From NCBI GenBank assembly GCA_051294375.1, contig CM119266.1:18222087-18286086 (forward strand): DNA of 64,000 nucleotides, read 5' to 3'. Below are positions 51,816 through 60,386 of this stretch, piece by piece. The stretch comes from Paraspadella gotoi. Taxonomy: Eukaryota; Animalia; Chaetognatha. The number at the start of each line of letters is the position of its first letter. The stretch's first letter is position 1. A program made the translations under genes and the position numbers. The notes under the pieces were generated by a model. It searched no databases. It had not been told where the DNA came from and saw only the letters and a list, made by a program, of their open reading frames with translations.

Positions 51816-52454
51816 GTGAATCAATTTAGTTTCATTTACATAAAAAGAATATCATACAATTGTAAAATAATAAAACTTAAAAGTATAGTAATCTCGCCAG
51901 ACGTTACTATCAAAGAAAATTAATAAAAAAAAATAAAAAAAAATGATCTATTGCTCAATATTTATAAAAAAAATAACCAAATAATTCATAATTCAATTAA
52001 AAAATAAAATTAATTAAATGAATGTATTGAATTTAAATTTATTAAATTTAAATAAAAGAATTGAAATAAATAAAAGTAAAAACTGAATTAATTAAATCGA
52101 AAGAATTTAATTAATTTAATTTAATTAAAAAAATTGAATGAATAAATATGTGTGTGATAAAGAGATAGAAAAAGATAGGTAAAAGATGATAAAATGATAA
52201 CAAGCGCGATTGCGAAGCTTAACATCACGAGTTCGATGCTCAAAATTTTTTTTTAATAATAATTAATGTAAAAGACAGAGAAAAAGATATGACATGATGT
52301 AACATGACTGAATTACTATAATAACTTTATGACAAGCACTACATCGGAATTCCATCTTTTTTGTATTGTTTTAGACGAATCAGAAAGTGCGACTGAAAAA
52401 AAGAAATAAAAAATTCATCCTATACTATATGCTGAGTCTGGCTGATTGGCATAA

Positions 52455-52870
52455 AATTGGTAAAACTAATATAAAAATTATCCATTCATTTAATAATTAA
52501 GCTATCTTGCCCCCAACTTTGGACAGGCTTTGGTGGTTTAAAGCCTCCATTACTCTTACAAGATAATGACATAGCAGGTCACTGCAAGCTTTCAATCAAG
52601 ACTCTCTCCCAGTCTTGTTTTTTCACTCCCAGAGTAATTGGCTTCCCTATCAATGAAGTGGTATAATGTTTCAAAGAATGTTTCAATTGTATAAAAAGAT
52701 CATTCCTTTAAATATTAGATCGGGGAATACTATATTGTACTCCGCCCAACATCAAAATACAAGGAGCTGAATTTTATGAAATTGGTACAACCAATATAAA
52801 AATTATCTATTCATTTAATAAATAAGTTATCTTGCCCCTGACTTTGGTGGTTTAAGGCCTACAGTTAGTC
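52455..52870 (+). repeat. Dispersed repeat family (TATGAAATTGGTACAACCAATATAAAAATTATC...CTATCTTGCCC), two copies here
   Basis: Copies at ~52455 and ~52776; further copies at ~19272, ~40307 and inverted at ~49125-49155. Confidence 0.75.
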
Positions 52871-52928
52871 ATGATGTAAAGGGAAATAAAGAATATAAGG
52901 AATACTTAAGAATATCAAAAGGTATAAA

Positions 52929-53012
52929 GCCGGAGTAGCCCGTGCAGTTAATAGGCTGCGCAAGCACATGATGCTAAGATTCATGAGTTCAATTCCTGTT
53001 TGCAACTCTTTT
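52929..53012 (+). mobile_element. tRNA-like SINE head
   Basis: GCCGGAGTAGCCCGTGCAG (A-box-like) ... GAGTTCAATTCC (B-box-like) then a T-run; no convincing cloverleaf. Confidence 0.4.
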
Positions 53013-53233
53013 TATTTATGATACTTTTTTTAATTATAATTGAAGTTAAAATTTATTTTTAAAGATAAAAAAAATTTTTTTCACAACTAAGTTTATTAAT
53101 AATATTTTGCAATATTATTATTATTATTAATAAACTTAGTTGTAAAAACAAAAAAATTAAACCTTTCACGTTCAGTCTTGTGATTGAATTCTTTTAAAAG
53201 AATTAACCATAATTCGTAATAGTTTGAGAGAGA

Positions 53234-53545
53234 AAAAGTTTGTTTTTGTTTACAAACAACGAAGCTTCTTTAAATGGACATGTTTCAACTCTTTTTTGAA
53301 TCTTCATCAGCCCAATATGAATTTAAAAAAATATTGCCAACACACTATCCTTTACTGAATTTTTCGTTGGATGCTTTCTCTCTCTCTCTCCCTTCATCAT
53401 AATATTAAGCAAATTTTTTTTAAATTCATATTGCGCTGATGAAGACTCGAAAAAGAGTCGAAACATGTCCATTTAAGGAAATAAACTTTGTTGTTTATAA
53501 ACAAAAACAAACTTTGTTTTCTTTATTTAAAAACGCAACGAAACA
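53234..53545. mobile_element. Fold-back element with two inverted minimal hammerhead motifs (Penelope-like remnant)
   Basis: Arms ~53235-53330 and ~53414-53514. Plus 53436-53469: CTGATGA-A-GACTC-GAAAAA-GAGTC-GAAAC-AT-GTC. Minus 53310-53277: CTGATGA-A-GATTC-AAAAAA-GAGTT-GAAAC-AT-GTC. Confidence 0.7.
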
Positions 53546-53884
53546 AAAGTCCTTATATAAAAGTTTTATATAAAAATTGATATAATTGTATTATAATTAA
53601 AACAAACAAAACCTTATATCAATATGAAACAAATCTTTTTGGAAAGATTTTGATGAGAAACTATTATCTAAATTTGTAGCTTCCTACAATTATACACTTT
53701 TATAATATACAATTATAAACATTTATTGGCATTCCTGGAAATAAATACGCTCTGGAGGCATATGGAAAACGAAGTGCAAGTTTTTTTTTAAAGAATTAAC
53801 GGAAAAAGAACAGAAGAGGAAAATTTCTGGGAAACAAAAATTAAAGGATATTATGGTGGACTAAAATCCACAAACAATTCATCA

Positions 53885-54025
53885 GCGGCCATTGGTGCTG
53901 GAGGCCTCCCAACCCAAAGGTCTGGGGTTCTAACCCAGTGGTCGCCTAGCAGTTAAGAGGGACGGGGCGCTTAACCCGCCTGTAACACGGTGTTACAGCC
54001 TGATCCGAAGCTCAGGGACTGCTTA
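53885..54025 (+). mobile_element. tRNA-derived SINE fragment
   Basis: GC-rich island with GGGGTTCTAACCC (B-box-like) and GCGGCCATTGG / CCAGTGGTCGC complementary ends. Confidence 0.45.
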
Positions 54026-54208
54026 TATTGAACTAATTACTGTCTCTTCAATATAATTTTTTAATATTTGTTAGATTTATTATTATTTATTAAAAAACTT
54101 GTAATTTCCCTAAAGTTCTTAAGAATAAAATCATAGCTCATATCACAAAAATATTTAATATCTGTAATATTTGATTTAACAGAAAAGGAATATTTTTTTA
54201 TTTTTTAG

Positions 54209-54610
54209 TCTTCAATCTCTAACATGGAAGAGGTCACCAGCGAATTCCCCTTCCTGCAGGAATATATTGCGTCTAATCCCAAAGCAAACATTATCAAGCA
54301 AAGAATGTTGTATGGCATGGATTTAACCAAAGGATCCGTTGATATGAAATTGTTATCAAGTGTCATGTATGATGTAAGCAAATTGATCGGAAATCAAATT
54401 AGGATTAAGGACGCTCCTCATCTTGATCCCAAAAAGTTCTTTGCGAAGTGCTTTGATTTTTTCTGGAACAGCATCCCAAAGCTGGAGACTCTGTTGTCGC
54501 AAAGAATTGATGAAAATGGTGGAAGATGCTTATTCAAAGCTTACATGCGGAGAATTTGTTATAACTGTTTTACAAAATTTACGAAAAAACGAATAACAAA
54601 ATTAAAATAA
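54209..54610 (+). CDS. Alternative last exon A (133 aa variable domain)
   Basis: TTTTTTAG| acceptor, phase 0; SSISNMEEVTSEFPFLQEYIASNPKA...LLSSVMYDVSKLI...FFWNSIPKL...KKRITKLK*; AATAAA at ~54724. Confidence 0.8.
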   Translation, partial: SSISNMEEVTSEFPFLQEYIASNPKANIIKQRMLYGMDLTKGSVDMKLLSSVMYDVSKLIGNQIRIKDAPHLDPKKFFAKCFDFFWNSIPKLETLLSQRIDENGGRCLFKAYMRRICYNCFTKFTKKRITKLK

Positions 54611-55246
54611 TATCATAAAACAAAATAATTATCATCTTGATTAGCAATTTTAATACTTTTTTTTTCAAAGATACTTATGTAAATAATGATTGTTCAGAAT
54701 AATATTTAAACATATATTTTACAAATAAAATATGACGAATTTACTTTTTGATCGCCTGACCGTAATCTGTGAGGTCACGTAATACAACAGTATGAAACAT
54801 TTGCACAAAAAGCATTTACTAATTCTTTTAAGTATCAACTAAAATGATTTATTATTTTATAAATTATGTGGTATTGAATTTAAGGTTATGTGATCGCTTT
54901 TTTAAAGTATTACGAAACTGCACAAGTGTGATATATAAGTACATTAAGTCTTATGGTACCATACCATCCTATCAAATATGAACTTAATCGATGTAGTTTT
55001 ACCCAAGTTGTAAGAATTTAAAACCTAACTAGGACAGACTGACCGACAAGTATTCCGAGGCGTAACTGTCCAGGATTTTTTGGTCGGTTATTTATTTTCT
55101 CGCAAAATTAAATGAATAAAGTTTATTTATTTAAACAAAAAAAAACAAAACAAAAAACAAGAGAATACAACTTCAAATTTAAGTACTAATTTTTTTTCAA
55201 ACTAGTTTGCGAAATAGTACAATATAAACAAATTTTATTTTTTTAG

Positions 55247-55654
55247 TCTCCAACCAATGACGTCGAAGAATTCTTTTCAAGAAATGTCAACTTCTTCCAA
55301 GAATATTTTTCATCTAACCACAAAGCACTTGCTTTTAAAGAAAGGCTGTCAAAGGGAATGGACTTCTTTAAAGATACTTGTGAACTGAAGTTGTTTAACA
55401 GTGTTATATATGATGTCAGTAAATTATTAGTAAAGCGGGTCATAATTAATAATCCATCCCTTCCACAAAATAAAAGATTTTTTTCTGAGGGTTTTGACCT
55501 CTTTTGGAACAGCATTCCTGAACTGCAGGCCTTTAAATTTGAAAAAATCAAGGATAATGGGCATATGAGGTTAATCAAATCATTTGCACGCCGTCGCTGT
55601 CTTACTTATTTTACCAACTCTCTAAATAAAAAAAGGCGTAAAAATAATTTTTAA
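55247..55654 (+). CDS. Alternative last exon B (135 aa variable domain)
   Basis: TTTTTTTAG| acceptor, phase 0; SPTNDVEEFFSRNVNFFQEYFSSNHKALAFKERLSKGMDF...LFNSVIYDVSKLL...LFWNSIPEL...NKKRRKNNF*; AATAAA at ~55695. Confidence 0.8.
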   Translation, partial: SPTNDVEEFFSRNVNFFQEYFSSNHKALAFKERLSKGMDFFKDTCELKLFNSVIYDVSKLLVKRVIINNPSLPQNKRFFSEGFDLFWNSIPELQAFKFEKIKDNGHMRLIKSFARRRCLTYFTNSLNKKRRKNNF

Positions 55655-56076
55655 ATTGAATTTGTCATATATGTATCTCTTGATAAATTTTAAAAATAAA
55701 TATGATTTATTTTGTCCATTAGTTTTAAAACAGATTCATATTTTCATACTGCTGGATGAATAATCAATTGAAGATAAAAAAATGGCTTAAGTTAAGAGAG
55801 TTAAAAAATGTTATTGAATATTATTATTACTTATATAATTTATAAAGGTTTTAAATTGAAAAAAGTAGATAACAGTAGAAAAAAAAATCTAATAATGTAC
55901 TTTTTTCATAATAGTCAGCCCCTTGAATTTGAATGTTAGTGCAGAGTATTCTAAATTCTTTTAATTCAATTTAGCCAAAGTAGTATATGTAACAATTGTT
56001 AATCTATTTTTTATATTAATCATAATTAGTCTATTAAAATAGAAAATAAAGCTTGTTATAAAATACTTTTTTGTAG

Positions 56077-56493
56077 TCTTCAACGCTTGACATCGAAGAG
56101 TCCTCCACATGCAACAACGATTTATTACGTTGTTATACTGCATCTAATGCGAAAGTACTTGCTTTAAAAGAAAGGATGTCAAACAACATGGACTTGTCCC
56201 AAGATTCATTCGACATGAAATTATTTGCTAGTGTTATATATGATGCCAGCAAATTAATTGCGGATCAAGTTATAATTAAAGATTCATCAGACCCAAAAAC
56301 TAAAGAAATCTTTAATAGAAGCTTCAGTTTTTTCTGGAACAGCATCCCTGAAATGGAGGCTTTGTCTATACGGAAGGTTGGAAAGGATGGACAAAAACGG
56401 TTCATGAAGACCTACACAAGAGACCGTTGTTATCACTACTTTAAAAACTTTCTGGACAGAATTAAAAAAAAAATGCAGAAAAATTTTGAATAA
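56077..56493 (+). CDS. Alternative last exon C (138 aa variable domain)
   Basis: TTTTTTGTAG| acceptor, phase 0; SSTLDIEESSTCNNDLLRCYTASNAKVLALKERMSNNMDL...LFASVIYDASKLI...FFWNSIPEM...RIKKKMQKNFE*; AATAAA at the stop and at ~56562. Confidence 0.8.
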   Translation, partial: SSTLDIEESSTCNNDLLRCYTASNAKVLALKERMSNNMDLSQDSFDMKLFASVIYDASKLIADQVIIKDSSDPKTKEIFNRSFSFFWNSIPEMEALSIRKVGKDGQKRFMKTYTRDRCYHYFKNFLDRIKKKMQKNFE

Positions 56494-57466
56494 AAACATT
56501 TATGTGCTTAATACCGTTTGCTTTTTACTTTGTATATTTGAAACAACAGAATTTTTTTTTAAATAAAAAATCTTAGACAAAAAACATTGTATACCTTTTT
56601 ATCTTGCAACAAACTGTTTAGAATAATGTGTTTAAACCTTTTTGTTATAATTTTGTTTGAATTTTTAATATTATCAATTTAAATTTTTACTGATATTTAA
56701 AATTTACATGTTTTACTCTATTCCTCAAAGCTTGCAATCTGAACTTTGTAGAAAAAAAAATTAGAGGCGACTGACTTTTGTCCCATTTCTAAGAATTAAA
56801 CTTAGTGAAAATTTGCCTGTCAAAAGAAGGTTCAGATATAATTTATTATAAAATATATGTTTTTTTTCCGAATAAAAGACGAGAATAAGCCTCTCCAAAA
56901 TTGGAAGCACTGAATCAAGAAGCTTGCTTAGCAAAAGGATCAATTGAAGGCTTACTTCATAAAACTCAGGGATTGAAGTTGATCTTTGAGTGGTGGATGG
57001 AGACTGGAGAGTGAGCCGGTCCCCGAAAAAACCCTAGACCTCCGCGCAATCGAGAAGACGAGGAGCCGCTTATCAAAGCTAATGACGTCGATCTCGAGTC
57101 ACAAATTGACGTTATATCAGAATTCTATTATTATCTATAATCTAATATAATCTATTAAAATATTATTTGAAGAAAAAAAACTAAAATGTCTGACATCCTA
57201 AAGAAAAAAAGCATTTATTTGTTTATTTGTTATTTATTTGTCCTTTCTTTTCCTTTGCTTTCAAATTTGAGATGAAAAAGTTTTCTTTGTTTTTATTAGA
57301 AATTTCGTTGAGAAAACTAAAAAAACATTTCAACTCAAAAAGTAATAAATTATAACCCCCCTCATTACATATGAATGTGAATCGTACGTAACTAATCTTA
57401 TATTTTAGACGGGTATTGCAGAAAGTTCATCCTGTCTATAACTATATGCAATATTATGCATGACAT

Positions 57467-57680
57467 CTTCAGTCGTGACCCGGTGGCTCATAGAATAATA
57501 CCATCAGCTCATGATCATTAGGAACCGGGATCGATCCCCAATAGTACCTACTTACGTGAGGACGGCCGTAAACCACCTTGGGGGCGTGGAAAACCATCGA
57601 GCCTGGTTCCAAGCCCAGAACCCGTTCCATGGCTGCTAGAGGGGTTTAAGGATGGCACTCTTCAGCCCACTTAGCGCCTT
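57467..57680 (+). mobile_element. SINE family A copy
   Basis: tRNA-like head (GGTGGCTCA...CCGGGATCGATCCC) and a body matching the 29.6-kb and 60.2-kb copies. Confidence 0.75.
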
Positions 57681-57704
57681 ATCCACAATATTTTATAAAA
57701 CTTT

Positions 57705-57778
57705 CAGGAAAAAACAGTTTTTAAAGGTCAACGACGATTTTTATTATCGTTGTTGACCTTTAAAAACTGTTTTTTCCT
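57705..57778. repeat. Near-perfect 33-bp hairpin
   Basis: AGGAAAAAACAGTTTTTAAAGGTCAACGACGAT pairs with ATCGTTGTTGACCTTTAAAAACTGTTTTTTCCT. It is followed by ACACAACGAAA, similar to the ACGCAACGAAA after the 53.2-kb fold-back. Confidence 0.85.
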
Positions 57779-57840
57779 AATTTATAAACACAACGAAAAG
57801 AAAGAATCATAACAATGTCTATGAAACTTTCAAAAAAATT

Positions 57841-58183
57841 CTGCTTCTCTTTTAATGACACTGACTACGAGAAACATGGAATTAACTCTTCTTGCTTGTA
57901 TGACTTTGCTGATTCAAACGCCAAAGCTATGGCAGATATGAAATTATTTTCAGTGTTATGTATGACGTGAGAAAGTTGATCTCTCTCAGGGTTACAATCC
58001 CAAATAAGTCCCATCCAGAAAATCAAAAACTGTTTTCAAGAGGTTTTCAGATTTTTTGAAATTGTACCTCCCTGAATTGAAAAATCGATCATTACCAAGA
58101 TTAGGACCATCAGTTGGAAGACGACTTTTTAAGTCATTAGCCAGAAGTAGTTATCTTGAATTTAATTTAAATCTAGTAGAATA
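57841..58183 (+). pseudogene. Decayed alternative last exon D (paralog closest to E)
   Basis: SCLYDFADSNAKAMA, a ~16-codon deletion, DMKLF, a 1-nt frameshift, then SVMYDVRKLISLRVTIPNKSHPENQKLFSRGFQIF* with the conserved Trp changed to TGA (58057-58059). No intact acceptor seen. Confidence 0.85.
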
Positions 58184-58745
58184 AAAACAATTAAAAATAC
58201 TTATAAAAATAATAATTATACAAAATACACTCATTGTTTCCAAATTTTAAAGGATAATTGATATAAAGCGAGTAAAAAACAAAACGAGTATTATACGAGG
58301 AAAGAGATGCAAATAATTCTGTAGAAATCAAGGTGTGGACACTTCGCCGAGCCAAAGGCCATTCACAAAAGATACGAGTTAAATATTAAGGTCAAATTAA
58401 TTAAAATTTAATTAAAATTTATTTAATTTTTTAAATATCTGGACATTTTTGGCTCTGGGTAGAAATTTTAATAAGTCGTAACTGTAATTCGAGATGGACG
58501 TCAAGTATTGCTATTGAATATAATCTTTATAGTCTTACTATAAATAACGCTCTAAAATAAAAATGGCTAAATTGTACCTATATTGCCTTAGGTAATTAAA
58601 TTTATTAGTTAGTTAACAAATACTTTTTATAAACTATTAGAAATGATATTAATTTGTAACTGATATATTGCATAATATCAGATGCAAGGATGCATTAGTA
58701 AAATTTAGGTTAATATAGGATAAAATAATAAATCTTTTCCTTCAG

Positions 58746-59031
58746 GATGCCTCACCTTCAAACTCTAATAAAGATTTGCAAGATATTTCCTGTCTTCATG
58801 ACTTTGCTAATTCCAATGCTAAAGCATTGGCATTGCGACAAAGATTATCCGACGATATGGACTTCAACAGAGGTTCCACTGATATGAGATTATTTTCCAG
58901 TGTCATGTATGATGTTGGAAAAATTATCGCTGGCTGGGTAACAATCCCAAATAAATCACATCCTATTAATAAAGATATCTTTGCAAAAAGTTTTGCATAT
59001 TTTTGGAAAAGCATTCCCGAATTTGAAAGAT
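58746..59031 (+). CDS. Alternative last exon E (3' part lost in an N gap)
   Basis: CTTTTCCTTCAG| acceptor, phase 0; DASPSNSNKDLQDISCLHDFANSNAKALALRQRLSDDMDF...LFSSVMYDVGKII...YFWKSIPEFER then the gap. Confidence 0.75.
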
Positions 59032-60161
59032 NNNNNNNNNNNNNNNNNNNNNNNNNNNNNNNNNNNNNNNNNNNNNNNNNNNNNNNNNNNNNNNNNNNNN
59101 NNNNNNNNNNNNNNNNNNNNNNNNNNNNNNNTTTAAAAAAATATTTTTTTAATTTTTTAAAATATTTATAATAAAGATTATTAATAATTAAAAATAATTT
59201 ATTTTATAGCCTAACAAGTAGAACGCTTTGTAATATATATAGATATTTGTATCTTAATTTAAAAAATAATCCTTTGAATATATTTTTCTATTTAAATTTT
59301 TACTTATAATTCAATAAAGGAAAACGTAAAAGTTAAGGAGAGGTTATCAAAATTAAGTTAATGCTTGTAGATAATGTTAGAGTTATATAGACATTACAAA
59401 TTGTAGCCATATTCATATCACTACTAAAATACAATCTATTTAATAACAAAACTTTATAATTATATTTACCGAAAAATCCTGCTCTGTTATCCTCTACACT
59501 ATTATATGTGGCAAAATAAAAGAGTATTGAAATGAAAAACCAATACTAAAACATAAAGCTATGAAAAATATAAATACATAAAATACCATAAAATATAAAA
59601 ATACATGATGCAATAATCCTTTCTTTTTTATATAGCAAAGTATTTTTGAAAGTTGTTATAACGAATTTAATTTTTATTTAAGAGATGGACATGTCGTGCT
59701 ATGACTTAAAGCATCATCAACATTTTATGTCGTCTCTTAATAAAAAGTAAATTGTTGTACAATTTCCAAAAACACTTGCTTCCTCGAATATAAAGATTAA
59801 AAAAAAGGAGGAAAAAAAAGTTATGAAAACGGACTGATTTATAGATCACAAAATAATATAATTAAATTCAATCTGCAAAGCTTTTTAGAATAAAAAGAAT
59901 TTAATTAAATGTACGAAATTATTACAGAAATAACAAATTAATTTTAATCATTTTTTTATTTGATGGTAAGAATAGAAAAACTGCGCAAATACTTTAACAG
60001 TTTGAATTTATGAATATGACTTAGACGGTTTTTAAGTAGTTTATTTCTTATTTATAATGTTTCATTAATACTAGAATTCGTTTTTAATTGTGGATTAAAA
60101 TCCAGTTCCGGGTTATTAACTTTTTTCCTTCCCCTTTTTTTTTATGTTTAATATTTGTTGA

Positions 60162-60386
60162 AAGGCGCTTAAGTGGCAAACAGATGACTATCCGTACTGT
60201 ATACCCCCTCTCGCGACATGGACGGGCCTGGGGCTTGGAACCAGCTTGAGGGTTTGCCACGCCCCAAGGCGGCTTACGGCCGTCCTACTCTTCCGCAGGG
60301 TAGGACCGTTGGGATTGAACCCCGGTACCTAACATGGCAGAGCTTAATGGCTTTATCATGAGCCACCAGGTTCCACAACTGAAGAG
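60162..60386 (-). mobile_element. SINE family A copy (inverted relative to the 57.5-kb copy)
   Basis: The reverse complement matches 57467-57680 along its length (GGACGGCCGTAA.C..CCTTGGGG, GGTTCCAAGCCC, AGCGCCTT). Confidence 0.75.

Noticed and set aside
51816-51923. C-terminal tail of the 276-aa ORF (and its first 26 aa)
   Set aside because: AT-rich sequence beyond the donor at 51815 and upstream of the acceptor/ATG; intron or UTR read-through.
52929-54025. Possible tRNA genes (also 13313 and 44140)
   Set aside because: Only A/B-box-like fragments without a complete cloverleaf; treated as SINE heads.
56885-57140. Coding-looking island between cassettes C and D
   Set aside because: In-frame stops and no similarity to the cassettes or to any family I recognise.
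54224-59171. Treating the ORF-track entries as independent single-exon genes
   Set aside because: Their Met starts are not at homologous positions, and conserved coding sequence extends upstream to phase-0 acceptors.
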